From positions 1-29,183 of IMG/VR virus record IMGVR_UViG_3300020044_001998: a stretch of 29,183 bases of DNA. One strand, 5' to 3'. This document shows positions 16,432 to 25,994 of this stretch, piece after piece (position 1 is the first letter of the stretch; every line of letters starts with the position of its first letter). A program made the translations under genes and the position numbers. The notes beneath the pieces were generated by a model. It was given only the letters and a program-made list of their open reading frames with translations. It did no database searches and was not told the origin of the DNA. Source of the DNA: a virus (Duplodnaviria > Caudoviricetes).

Positions 16432-16713
16432 TTAATACTTGCCTTCAGCAAATACATTTACAAAAACAGTTCCATCTTCCAATGCTTCAATCTCATGCCA
16501 TTCATTAGCAACAAGATTTATGGGTTGCGTGTTTTTGTCTGCTATCTTTTCAATGCCTTCTTTGCGTATGACGCAACTACCAGCATGGCACATAGTCAAA
16601 TGTGCGTAGAGGTGTTCATGTCTTGATAAACCTTGCCCTTTGTTAGCATGATATACATTAACACTTGCCCCATCATAAATAACTTGATGCACAGGTTGAA
16701 TGCCGTAAGTCAT
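16432..16713 (-). CDS. Cupin (RmlC-like) protein
   Basis: HEH.YAH.T....G...WHEIEALEDGTVFVN. Confidence 0.8.
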   Translation of the reverse strand: MTYGIQPVHQVIYDGASVNVYHANKGQGLSRHEHLYAHLTMCHAGSCVIRKEGIEKIADKNTQPINLVANEWHEIEALEDGTVFVNVFAEGKY

Positions 16714-17015
16714 AATGTCTGCGAACCTTGACTAATAGGTTGAACAGTTTGTGGTACTGGCAAGCCTGTCATTGGGTCTACATCAGGTGCAAGTTGTGTA
16801 ATAGTGCCAACTATGTTTCCATCAATAATTTGTTGATAGACCCATTTACCCGTCTTTGCATAATCATCTGCTCTAGCGCAATACATACAAGTTTCAAAAG
16901 GAAAACCTTCTGCTTCTTGCAACTCTACATCAGCAAAATAAACGCCTTCTTCATCACCAGATTTACGAACATTTTTAATTTGTCCAAAAGTAACATTTCC
17001 AATAGTGTGTGTCAT
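16710..17015 (-). CDS. Hypothetical protein (possible fibre assembly chaperone)
   Basis: SD AAGGA then ATG at 17015; directly after the short fibre gene. Confidence 0.6.
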   Translation of the reverse strand: MTHTIGNVTFGQIKNVRKSGDEEGVYFADVELQEAEGFPFETCMYCARADDYAKTGKWVYQQIIDGNIVGTITQLAPDVDPMTGLPVPQTVQPISQGSQTL

Positions 17016-17026
17016 TTTTAATTCCT

Positions 17027-17611
17027 TTATGCGGTTCGTTGCGCAAGGGTATTTGCCCAGCCACAACATCCAAGTGTTATACCGCCACGCGCTCTCCATG
17101 TACCAGACAACGTAAATCTAGTCCCAACGGCAAGTCTACCAAAAGCGCTAAAACTATCTGTTATGCCTGCTGTATATCCGTAAATTGTGGACGTAGAATT
17201 TCTCTCACCTCCACCCCCATATCCAACGGCTATGTAACTACCTATTGGATAAGAAGATAAATTCCTATCTGTGCCTGTATAGTAATCAAGCGATAAAGTT
17301 CCAGTAGAAGTAATAGTTCCACCAGTTAAACCATTGCCCGTTGCTACTGAAGTGACTGTGCCAGAACCGCCCGTGCCTGTAATAGTTACCGAACCAGTTG
17401 ATGCAGATACAGATACAGTACCCGCACCAGTTACAGAAGTAACACCAGCATTAGTTAGCGTTACAGAACTGCCCAAAGCAACTGAGCCACCGCCTGACAT
17501 TCCTGTTCCAGCCGTAACTGTTAACGAAGGATTTTGCAATCCCGCATTTGTGGTTGCCCCGCTTGTGTTTAAATTGTTGGCAAAGTTTGCCAGATTAAGT
17601 GCTTGCGTCAT
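17027..17611 (-). CDS. Short tail fibre protein
   Basis: VTAGTGMSGGG and GTVTSVATGNGLTGGTITSTGTL repeats; C-terminal IGSY...LSGTWRARG...QRTA. Confidence 0.75.
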   Translation of the reverse strand: MTQALNLANFANNLNTSGATTNAGLQNPSLTVTAGTGMSGGGSVALGSSVTLTNAGVTSVTGAGTVSVSASTGSVTITGTGGSGTVTSVATGNGLTGGTITSTGTLSLDYYTGTDRNLSSYPIGSYIAVGYGGGGERNSTSTIYGYTAGITDSFSAFGRLAVGTRFTLSGTWRARGGITLGCCGWANTLAQRTA

Positions 17612-20600
17612 ACTGCCCCTGTCCTAGTAAAAGTTTGTTGAACCAAAATATTCGTATTTGTAACTGGCGTTTGAGCCAATGTGTACGAACCTGATGCCAC
17701 GGAATAATCCACAGTCTCTAGCAACAATGCGCCATTATTCCATAAGTTAAACGCCAACGGGTCAAATGTAAATGGGTAAATAGATTGACCTACTACTGTA
17801 AATGCATCCACATTGACGGGCGTTCCATTGGGTACGCTCAAGTTATTTTGCGCCCACATAATGACTTGCAAATCCCCCGATACCGCATTAGTAAAGGTAA
17901 TGTCTTGCCCAGATATGTTGTAATCTTGTGCGTTAATTACTGTGCCGTTTAAGAATATCAATTCCTGACCGCTTATTAGCCAACCAGATGCCGTGTAGGT
18001 TGCTTGGTTTGTTAGCGTGTCCGTATATCGGGTAAAAGAATCATAAGTCGCTGGCGTAGAGTTTATAGACGCAAAGGAAATAATAGTCACAATGTCGCCA
18101 GAATGTGCGCCTATTGCCAATGTGACAGTTGATGCCGCATCTGTGTATTCACTCTCATCTAGCAGTAATCCGTTTTGTAATACCCAACAATTACCGACCA
18201 CGTATTCTGCACCACGGGTAACGCTAAAAACTGTCTGACTGCTGGATGCGCTAAAGGCAGTCATTGTGTAATAGAACTCATCTGGTGCTTCAAAGCCAAC
18301 CACTCGCCCGTAAATGTCAATAGTCAAGTTTGCTACGGCAGATGTTCGCGTATACGCACCGCCAGTAAAAGTAAGCAGTTGCGCCAAAGATGCAACCACT
18401 TGCCCCTGTGGATTATTGGTAATGGCAATCTCGCCCGTGCCGACTGTTGTTGTTCCAGTTTGGATTAACTGCCCAGACCTATGCGTTGTATCAATAATGT
18501 TAAACCCATCTTCCAATGCGTTCCAAATAGTTTGGTCGTACAAGGCGGTATCGCTTGGAACAAATTGTGCCGTGCCAGCCGATAATTGTGCGCCACCTAC
18601 GGCAAAACTCATCAGGCTATTTGTTCTGCTACTCCACAATAAATAGTTGTCCGTGCCAAATGCGGGGTCTGCAAGATACCAGTTGTAATCGCTAGGTGTT
18701 GGGCTAAATTCTGCAATGTTTGTGCTGTGCAATCCAAAATATGTTTTGCCACCTCTAGGGCTTGTGCTAAAGCCCGTACCCGTTGCGCTTGTTGCATAAG
18801 CAATACTTAGATAACGCTCTGCAAATTGAAACGTCAATGGTCGCCAATTAAAGATTGTGCTTGCAGAACTAAATGCAGACTTTGCAAGAGAGTTAACCAT
18901 GCGAGTATAAAAATACCAATTACCTGCGGGAATACCAGTTAGCACTACTGGAGGCGTTGCTACGTTATTGCCGTATGGTGTGCCATTAGATTGCACTTCA
19001 GTCGTGCCAGCAAAAATCATTTGTCCAATGCTTGCATTATTAAATGCCGCATACCAAACTTCCGCATACTGTGTAATGCCCGCGCTTGATGTAGTTACAT
19101 TGACTTGAAAAGACGGGACAGGCGCAGACACCAATGGGTTGCTTATTGTTACAGGCGGGACAGTTCCAAAGATTGCGGGGTTAGGCAAGCCAGTATTTTC
19201 TGGAGGCGTAAACTGCGTGATAGATGCATCATCATAAACAGTTGGGTCAAAATTTAACAAAGTTAAATCCATAGTTATTGCGCCATCATCAGCAATTCTT
19301 TGCACAACTTTACTTATGCGAAATAACTTTTCATCCCATCCATAGTTAACACTTGTAACAGTAACTATGTCGCCAGCCTCTAATTGCAAGCCAACAAAGT
19401 TAATTGAACAAGTAACTTGCAAATCTAATCTTGCCGCTTTTAAGAAACGTTGACCTAAGAGTTGCGCTTGCACATTGTTATTGCATAGATTAAGTTGAAT
19501 TGTTTGCAAATTAACAGGCTCGTTTGGATACAACAATTCTGGCGCAACATCCGCTAAATCAATCTGCGTTGTATTAAACGCGCTATTGATTGTTATATCT
19601 GGAAACTGACATTGTGCAATGTTGAAAGTGTTTGATATGTCCAACGAAGAAATACCAATGGTAGAAATCATGTTGGAATCGTTAATGTTCATTGCGACTG
19701 TATAAGTCGGGCTTTGAACAACGGCAGACCACAACCCAAGTATTTCGTTATATTTCAACAAACAATCGCAACTATCAGTTAAGACTTGCAAGTTCTGCAT
19801 TACTGGTTTTGTTGTATCCAGAAAACCATTCATCTTAAATCTGGGTTGCGTTGCAGTTCCACCGCCAGAAGGCGTGTATGTGTACGATTGATTTGAATAT
19901 GTATTCAATGCCGTTATGCTTGCCGTATCTATTTGTGATTCGGGTATAGCCGCGCCATAACGCTCATTGCTTAGATAATCATATAAAACATCTCCCGCGC
20001 TATTGCGTGAGTTTATTATTTCAAACTGTGTTTGTTGAATGTTTGTGATGCCAGCATCTTGGTTGTAATTCAAATGAACAATAGCAAACGCACAATCACT
20101 CATTGCTTTATTTGAGTCCCAAGTGTAATCAGAACCACTTTGATTCATTACGCTAATTGCAGTTGCGCTTGTGTTAAATCCATCAAAAGAACCATTGCTA
20201 TACAAATAAATGTATAGATGACCATCTACTGTGTTATCGGTTGTGCCTGTTGATTGATCTGTTAATCCTACTACTTTAGTTAAATCTGTTTCGTCAAAGA
20301 CGCAAAGTTTTCCACCAAAGAAAACGTCACCAAAAGTAATTGTGTCTGGGTATGCGCCACCAGTAACTTCGCAAAGAGACATTACATAATAAAGGTCTTG
20401 GTTGTCTGGTGAAATAACCAAATCGGTAATCGTTCCACCAATAAAAGAATTGCCATATACCACGGGTAACTTATTATTAGTGGCTGGTGCTACTTGTAAA
20501 TTTACACCTGTATTCAAAGATGCTTGATTGTTCATCCCAGAATTAGGAGGGTCTGATGCAAACACTTTAGAAACAACTGAAGACGCAACCATCTGAATAG

Positions 20601-20676
20601 CAAAAGATGCAACTGCCGCTTCTGCCGCAGACAATGCAAACGTATCCATTAACCAACCCGCTAATACTTCTCCCAT
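17608..20676 (-). CDS. Central tail tip/hub protein (gpJ-like)
   Basis: LPVVYG, DYLSNERYGAAIP...ID, LQLEAGDIVTVT...WDEKLFRI, an FN3-like region and C-terminal beta repeats. Confidence 0.85.
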   Translation of the reverse strand: MGEVLAGWLMDTFALSAAEAAVASFAIQMVASSVVSKVFASDPPNSGMNNQASLNTGVNLQVAPATNNKLPVVYGNSFIGGTITDLVISPDNQDLYYVMSLCEVTGGAYPDTITFGDVFFGGKLCVFDETDLTKVVGLTDQSTGTTDNTVDGHLYIYLYSNGSFDGFNTSATAISVMNQSGSDYTWDSNKAMSDCAFAIVHLNYNQDAGITNIQQTQFEIINSRNSAGDVLYDYLSNERYGAAIPESQIDTASITALNTYSNQSYTYTPSGGGTATQPRFKMNGFLDTTKPVMQNLQVLTDSCDCLLKYNEILGLWSAVVQSPTYTVAMNINDSNMISTIGISSLDISNTFNIAQCQFPDITINSAFNTTQIDLADVAPELLYPNEPVNLQTIQLNLCNNNVQAQLLGQRFLKAARLDLQVTCSINFVGLQLEAGDIVTVTSVNYGWDEKLFRISKVVQRIADDGAITMDLTLLNFDPTVYDDASITQFTPPENTGLPNPAIFGTVPPVTISNPLVSAPVPSFQVNVTTSSAGITQYAEVWYAAFNNASIGQMIFAGTTEVQSNGTPYGNNVATPPVVLTGIPAGNWYFYTRMVNSLAKSAFSSASTIFNWRPLTFQFAERYLSIAYATSATGTGFSTSPRGGKTYFGLHSTNIAEFSPTPSDYNWYLADPAFGTDNYLLWSSRTNSLMSFAVGGAQLSAGTAQFVPSDTALYDQTIWNALEDGFNIIDTTHRSGQLIQTGTTTVGTGEIAITNNPQGQVVASLAQLLTFTGGAYTRTSAVANLTIDIYGRVVGFEAPDEFYYTMTAFSASSSQTVFSVTRGAEYVVGNCWVLQNGLLLDESEYTDAASTVTLAIGAHSGDIVTIISFASINSTPATYDSFTRYTDTLTNQATYTASGWLISGQELIFLNGTVINAQDYNISGQDITFTNAVSGDLQVIMWAQNNLSVPNGTPVNVDAFTVVGQSIYPFTFDPLAFNLWNNGALLLETVDYSVASGSYTLAQTPVTNTNILVQQTFTRTGAV

Positions 20677-21092
20677 TACATTACCCAATCATTTGATCTT
20701 TTGGTTGCGCCAAGTTTTGACAAGTCCGCATCCGAATAGGTTGAAATGTAAAACTGAACTATGTCGCCTTTATGCTTCATACGTTTGCCCAGTTCAATGT
20801 ATTTTTTTATAAGCATCACGCTTGTCTTTTTACTTTTTGCATACCACATGGTTTCTTGTAATACATACAAATGCGGTATCCAAAAACATGGCGCACGCAT
20901 AGCGCATAAAAATCCATCATTTTCAATTAATACAAAACCAAGCCCCGCATAAATTTTTGCAAGTTGTTCATCCACATGATTGCTTGACCATTTGTCTATG
21001 TGATGCGATAAAGCATTGCCATATTCTCTATGGTAGTCTTTCAAGAACTCCTTGATTTGCTCGTTATCAAATTTGTTGGCAAGGCGAATCAT
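20676..21092 (-). CDS. Degenerate GNAT-fold protein in the tail tip cluster
   Basis: MIRLANKFD...I...GFLCA...W......LQETMWY...LIKKY...KLGA; coupled on both sides. Confidence 0.55.
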   Translation of the reverse strand: MIRLANKFDNEQIKEFLKDYHREYGNALSHHIDKWSSNHVDEQLAKIYAGLGFVLIENDGFLCAMRAPCFWIPHLYVLQETMWYAKSKKTSVMLIKKYIELGKRMKHKGDIVQFYISTYSDADLSKLGATKRSNDWVM

Positions 21093-21676
21093 ACTTCTTT
21101 GCCAAATGGATAATAGATTGTGGAAACAAATCCAACCCGCGCCATGCTTGTATCGGTTGGGTTGTAAAACTTCCAACTCTGATCATTTGTAAATCTTCCA
21201 GCAACTCTGTTTTGCAAAATAATCTGTATGCTAGATGCAGTTATATTAATAGTTCCCACATACATACGAGCATCTTCCATCCATTGCTCGCCAATAGAAA
21301 AGTTGTTTATGTAACCATAGAAATATTGATACAGCCCGCCCGTGCCACCGCCTGTAATTAAATTGCCGTCAGTATTGAAAAAACCTTTCCACATTGTTAT
21401 CTGTGAACCTTTAATTTCATGACCTAAAACCCAACCAAGTAATGCAGTATCTATGCCCACCAAAGTTACTGACGTTTGATTTGCCGTTGATTTAATATCG
21501 CGTTGCACATCACCAATGCCTACCAATGCGCCTAGCCCATCAAATGTTCCAAGCCCCGTTACTGCCAATGCCGTTGGCGTTGTTGCAAAACTATATGTGG
21601 CGGTTGGCGTAACAACTCTTACAAAGTCCGCAAAGCGAATATTGTTTGTATTTTCTAAAGGTGCTATTACGTTCAT
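21089..21676 (-). CDS. Minor tail protein (gpL-like)
   Basis: Position after the distal tail gene; G.QITMWKGFF...YFYGYI...GRFTND.SW....P.D. Confidence 0.7.
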   Translation of the reverse strand: MNVIAPLENTNNIRFADFVRVVTPTATYSFATTPTALAVTGLGTFDGLGALVGIGDVQRDIKSTANQTSVTLVGIDTALLGWVLGHEIKGSQITMWKGFFNTDGNLITGGGTGGLYQYFYGYINNFSIGEQWMEDARMYVGTINITASSIQIILQNRVAGRFTNDQSWKFYNPTDTSMARVGFVSTIYYPFGKEV

Positions 21677-22368
21677 AGTACGGCTTCAAATGCTTTAAAA
21701 GAATTGTTCCATGTAATAAATGAATCATTAGCAATCGGCACTAATGTGTATTGTGGATATTGCTGAAGTATTACGGGAAAGGTAATGCCTGTGTATGTAG
21801 TCCCACCCATTGATACAGTTGTGCCATATTGCCCTATGACGGCATTGATTGCGCTAACAATGGGTCCGTTAATCAAGTTGCGATGTACGGGTATGGTGAC
21901 TGTTGAACTTGTGCCACGCAATACGTCAGCGGTCGCAATGTATGCATACAAACCTACTTGGCAAAAGTCGCCAGCACGCACAATATATTTTGTACTTGGT
22001 TCTAATGTATTGTTAGGCAAATTACCCAACACCATATTTTTTGCAGATGAACTTGTTTGCCATTGACAAGATGCAATTTGCGATGGAGTCAAATCGCCTT
22101 GATAGGCAATGTAGTTGTACCAACCAGTAGCACCAAAATTTAAATACTGCGTCAGCGACTTATCAAAGTAACGAAGATTGGCAAGCAAATCTCTATTCTT
22201 ACTATATTGCAAATAGTTGTTAGGCTTGAATTCAAACTGGAAAGGAACGACTGTGATAATTTCAGATGTTGCAATTCTTTGATTCCTTGAAATGACTTGC
22301 CCAACAAAACGTTGGTCATTGATTGAAACCGATTCGGCAAAGCCTAGTACGTCTGTTAATGTAGCCAT
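21673..22368 (-). CDS. Distal tail protein (Dit-like)
   Basis: Immediately after the tape measure gene; VRAGDF.QVG.Y.YI.TADV; ends FEAVL. Confidence 0.7.
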   Translation of the reverse strand: MATLTDVLGFAESVSINDQRFVGQVISRNQRIATSEIITVVPFQFEFKPNNYLQYSKNRDLLANLRYFDKSLTQYLNFGATGWYNYIAYQGDLTPSQIASCQWQTSSSAKNMVLGNLPNNTLEPSTKYIVRAGDFCQVGLYAYIATADVLRGTSSTVTIPVHRNLINGPIVSAINAVIGQYGTTVSMGGTTYTGITFPVILQQYPQYTLVPIANDSFITWNNSFKAFEAVL

Positions 22369-22371
22369 GTG

Positions 22372-24312
22372 TTACCTACTTTGTGGCAATGCGCGTTGTG
22401 CGGTTTGATTTGCCGCCCATACTGCGCTCTTGTTACGAGACAAGAATTGTGTTGCTGACTGTGTATCGATTGCGCTCATCTGTGCAATATAGGGACCATT
22501 GTAGGTAATGCTTGGTTGATTGTTGCCCATTGAACTTAGCATGTTATTTGGAATAACTGTGCCAGACGTTTTAGGAACAAACAATTCGGGACCTCGTTCG
22601 CCTACCATGTATGTTGTATTAGCGGATATATCCCCACCTTCAGCCGCGTAGCCACCAAAACCGCCAGAATAATTTGCTTGACCTTTAAACAAACTATCCA
22701 TTCCACCCGTATATGGTGTGCCAAAACCCAAACTTTTAAACATAGCCATGGCTGATGCTTTTAATTCAATAGAAATTAAATCTTGAATAATGCTACGCGC
22801 TAAATCTTTAAACGATAACTTGCCTGTGCGTACAAAGTTATCAAGTGCCGCATTCATGTTGCCCATTACAGATTCAAATGCTTGTTGCCCACGCTCTAGT
22901 TCTGTTGACATGTTACGGAACGTATCTTCCATAGCCATGGTAAACCCCGCGCCAAATGAACCACCGCGTTGAGCCTTTGTAATTTCTTGTCTTGCTCTTG
23001 CATTACGTTCTGCAAGTTGTGCAAGTTTTTCTTCACGCTCTATTGCAACATCTTTTGCCGCCTGATCTAATACACCGCTACGGCTAATTTCATCTACCAT
23101 TTTTTTACGATTACTTTCGATTTGCAATAACTCTTTAGAGAGTTGCACATCTTCAGCACGCATGTGCTTTGCTTGTATACCTAATTTAAATTCTTCTTGT
23201 TGATCTTGCAATACTTTTTCGTGTTCTTTTTGACGCAACGAAATGGCAGTAAATGCATCTACTTCCAATTTAAGATTTGCAAATAATTGTTTGCCTTCTT
23301 GTATTTGTAGATTGTTTATGTAACGAATTTCTGCAAGACGTTGACGCGCTAATTTTTCTGCTTCCGCATTACGACCTTCAACTACGTTTCTGCCACCGCC
23401 TTTTTCGCGTTCCTTTGGCATCCACCCTTCGTAATTGCCTTGATCAAATTTGCCTAGTTCTTGTAGTTTTTGTAACTTTTGATATTCTTCGTTAAACTTT
23501 TTTAACTTTTCTGGGTCTGCACCAAGACCCGCAAATCCAAATGCTGTTGTAAATTGAGCCAACATTTTCATGTTGCGCCCTAAATTGGTAAATGCATCGG
23601 AAGCGTTTTCTGCTTTCTTTGCAATTCCTTCTAACCAATTAACAAACTGTAATGCTGGCGTTCCAATAAACGCAGTAAATTCCACCATTAATGCATGTGT
23701 GATTTTGTGCAGTTTGTCCCATGCATCACCAGCGTCTTTAACGCTTTGCGCTTGCACTTCTGTAATGTGTCCAGCCTCTTGCATTTGCTTTGCAAGATCA
23801 CCTATTGCTACGCCTTTAACGCCTTTGCCAAACAACTCCATTGCGCGAGCGTTGCGCGTTATGGTGTCTGGCATTTTTTCTAAACCACGGAACACTTTTT
23901 CAAGTAACTGTTCCATGCTCATTGAGCCTAAATCTTTAAGACTAATGTCAAGGTCTTTAAAAGATTTTTGTGCTTCAAATGAACCGCTTGCCGCTTTATC
24001 AACAAACGCGGTAAACGATGAAAGCATCTTGCTTGCGTTTTCAGCCTTGCCACCATTTTGTGCAAGTGCTTCGCCTAACTTTAATACTGTGTCGATTGCT
24101 AATTCATTAGCAGTTGCAACGTCTGCAACGCTGTCTGCAAACTCTAATGCTTTATAAGTCATTGCCGCAAATGCGGTAACGCCCACAGTTGCCATTGTCT
24201 TTGCTTGTGACGCAAACTCCGACAAATCTTTTTTGGCGGCTTCTATACCTTTAACAAACTCGGCAGTATCTAAACCAAGTCGTACACCTAAGCGAGCAAT
24301 CGTATTAGCCAT
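22372..24312 (-). CDS. Tail tape measure protein
   Basis: IARLGVRLGLDTAEF start, long helical body, lambda-TMP-like FV.TGKLSFKDLARSII.DL, YMVGERGPELFVP. Confidence 0.93.
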   Translation of the reverse strand: MANTIARLGVRLGLDTAEFVKGIEAAKKDLSEFASQAKTMATVGVTAFAAMTYKALEFADSVADVATANELAIDTVLKLGEALAQNGGKAENASKMLSSFTAFVDKAASGSFEAQKSFKDLDISLKDLGSMSMEQLLEKVFRGLEKMPDTITRNARAMELFGKGVKGVAIGDLAKQMQEAGHITEVQAQSVKDAGDAWDKLHKITHALMVEFTAFIGTPALQFVNWLEGIAKKAENASDAFTNLGRNMKMLAQFTTAFGFAGLGADPEKLKKFNEEYQKLQKLQELGKFDQGNYEGWMPKEREKGGGRNVVEGRNAEAEKLARQRLAEIRYINNLQIQEGKQLFANLKLEVDAFTAISLRQKEHEKVLQDQQEEFKLGIQAKHMRAEDVQLSKELLQIESNRKKMVDEISRSGVLDQAAKDVAIEREEKLAQLAERNARARQEITKAQRGGSFGAGFTMAMEDTFRNMSTELERGQQAFESVMGNMNAALDNFVRTGKLSFKDLARSIIQDLISIELKASAMAMFKSLGFGTPYTGGMDSLFKGQANYSGGFGGYAAEGGDISANTTYMVGERGPELFVPKTSGTVIPNNMLSSMGNNQPSITYNGPYIAQMSAIDTQSATQFLSRNKSAVWAANQTAQRALPQSR

Positions 24313-24670
24313 TTTTAAACCTACTCTTTGTAAATTTTGGGGCTTGTGTTACATACGCCAGCAGACTATTATTTACTGACTCCTTCTTGTCTTGTTCGCT
24401 CATTGGCGGGTAGATGTAATCATAACCTCTGCCCAATATTGTGGCAAGTTTGTACGCTGGTGAATTGGGTGTTCGCATGTAGTTAAACACGCCAGCAGTC
24501 AACGTGCCTAATACTTCTAAAATTGCACGATTGCCAATTACTCCATCCGCATACATTGTTTGGATTTGCGCCATAGTTACATCGTCTATGTCTGCAAGTG
24601 TGTCATGTGTATGCCCATTGAAGATCATCGCCACTTCGACTTGTTTCCTCAATGAGCCTATTAGTTTCCC
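24305..24670 (-). CDS. Tail assembly chaperone, -1 frameshift extension (gpT-like)
   Basis: The -1 frame after G GGA AAC reads GKLIGSLRKQVEVAMIFNG..., continuous with ORF 24305..24652. Confidence 0.8.
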   Translation of the reverse strand, partial: GKLIGSLRKQVEVAMIFNGHTHDTLADIDDVTMAQIQTMYADGVIGNRAILEVLGTLTAGVFNYMRTPNSPAYKLATILGRGYDYIYPPMSEQDKKESVNNSLLAYVTQAPKFTKSRFKNG

Positions 24671-25143
24671 CGCGACTCCTTGTAACTAGGGCTAATAGAT
24701 TCTGCAATCTTTTCCATTAACGCTATTTGCACAGTTATGGGAAATTCTTCTTCAACTTCTGCATAGGTTAATTCTGTCAATGAGTCGTTAGCGTTTTCTG
24801 GAATTATTAATTTAATAAATTCTGTAATACGTATCTGCGTCATTAGTTTTGTTTTGGCAGTTTCGCGCAACGAGCGACCGCTGACAACTATGTCATCGTC
24901 TGTAAATTTAAATTCTTCTGTTTCTTGATCTCTAAATTGTTCAAGAGGTGTAGAAATAGTTTTATAGATTTCATCTATTTCTTCTTGTGGCGGGTTTTGA
25001 ATGCGCTCATACATTGCATCCGATTCCGCGACCGATGGAATGCGCACTTTAAAAATGTGTCCACCTAATTCAAACTGCCGAATGAATAAGCCTTTACGCT
25101 TAGTTTCGTATTGAGTCCCCAAGAGACTTGCTAATTTTGTCAT
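24661..25143 (-). CDS. Tail assembly chaperone (gpG-like)
   Basis: Acidic 160-aa protein upstream of the tape measure gene, ending in a slippery site. Confidence 0.8.
   Translation of the reverse strand: MTKLASLLGTQYETKRKGLFIRQFELGGHIFKVRIPSVAESDAMYERIQNPPQEEIDEIYKTISTPLEQFRDQETEEFKFTDDDIVVSGRSLRETAKTKLMTQIRITEFIKLIIPENANDSLTELTYAEVEEEFPITVQIALMEKIAESISPSYKESRGN
24664..24670 (-). other. Programmed -1 frameshift slippery site GGGAAAC
   Basis: X XXY YYZ heptamer in the correct phase, immediately before the chaperone stop codon. Confidence 0.85.
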
Positions 25144-25155
25144 ATCGTGTCCTTA

Positions 25156-25737
25156 TCATTTGACGTTCTTTGCTCTAAATTGTTCACAGCGTCTGCCGAT
25201 TATCTCACCCAAGTTATTAGCCACATGCGTTGATTGACTTTCAAGAGCAATGCGCAAATATGGTTTAGGCGCCATATTTGCTGTGCCAAATTCTTGTGCT
25301 ATTGCACGCGCATCGTAAGGAAAGTCCAAAGAATATGCATACTCTTTAAATTTCTTTTTGTATGCGTCTTTGTCTTTTTTGTATAACTCAACGTTAGCCG
25401 CAAAGAACTCGCGTTTCTTTTTCTTTGGAAAAGGTTTAGTAGTTACAAGACCAATGACTGTATCTGTCGCGCTTGCATACTTTGATTTTTGGTCACGCTT
25501 GTTTGGTCTGCGTGCCTCTATCCATAACGTTCTTGCAAGATCGCCAGAATCTTTTGGTGCTAGAAATCTTGCCACCGATAAGACGGGCTTCATTGCTTCG
25601 CGTGCCGCTGGAACAAGAACTTTGCTTGTTGCGTGTTTGTCGCCTATCTCATCCGCTAATTCTTCAAAGATAGCAAGAGCCTCGCTCAAGCCAGTTACTT
25701 CAACTTGCGCACCACCAAAAGCACCAGAGACATTCAT
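25156..25737 (-). CDS. HK97 gp10-like tail component
   Basis: V.GLSE....APKDSGDLAR...QEFGTANMAPKPYLRIAL. Confidence 0.85.
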   Translation of the reverse strand: MNVSGAFGGAQVEVTGLSEALAIFEELADEIGDKHATSKVLVPAAREAMKPVLSVARFLAPKDSGDLARTLWIEARRPNKRDQKSKYASATDTVIGLVTTKPFPKKKKREFFAANVELYKKDKDAYKKKFKEYAYSLDFPYDARAIAQEFGTANMAPKPYLRIALESQSTHVANNLGEIIGRRCEQFRAKNVK

Positions 25738-25741
25738 GGCA

Positions 25742-25963
25742 TTACCCTTTGAGTATCTTGTTATAAATCGCGCTGTTTAAATCAAGTACAAATTGAACTA
25801 TCTGCTCTGGTGTCATTTTGTCTGCATGAGCAACTGACAGACGATAGGCTAAATCAACGCCAGCAAGACGTTGTTGTTGCCAGCCAAACCAATTTTTTTG
25901 TTGACCATTTTGTGTTTGATCAATTAAGAAATTTAAAAGAGCGTCTGAATTATTTATTGTCAT
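25742..25963 (-). CDS. Hypothetical protein
   Basis: 73-aa ORF filling the gap between the terminator and the gp10-like gene. Confidence 0.65.
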   Translation of the reverse strand: MTINNSDALLNFLIDQTQNGQQKNWFGWQQQRLAGVDLAYRLSVAHADKMTPEQIVQFVLDLNSAIYNKILKG

Positions 25964-25973
25964 GTCTTGTAGT

Positions 25974-25993
25974 AAAAGCCCCGAAGGGCTTTT
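25974..25993 (-). terminator. Terminator after the major tail gene
   Basis: AAAAGCCC-TTCG-GGGCTTTT directly after the stop codon. Confidence 0.85.
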
Positions 25994-25994
25994 G

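Noticed and set aside
23570-24157. Long antisense ORFs such as 23570..24157, 3209..3640 and 25358..25780
   Set aside because: Shadow frames of well-supported genes, with no convincing RBS or family motifs.
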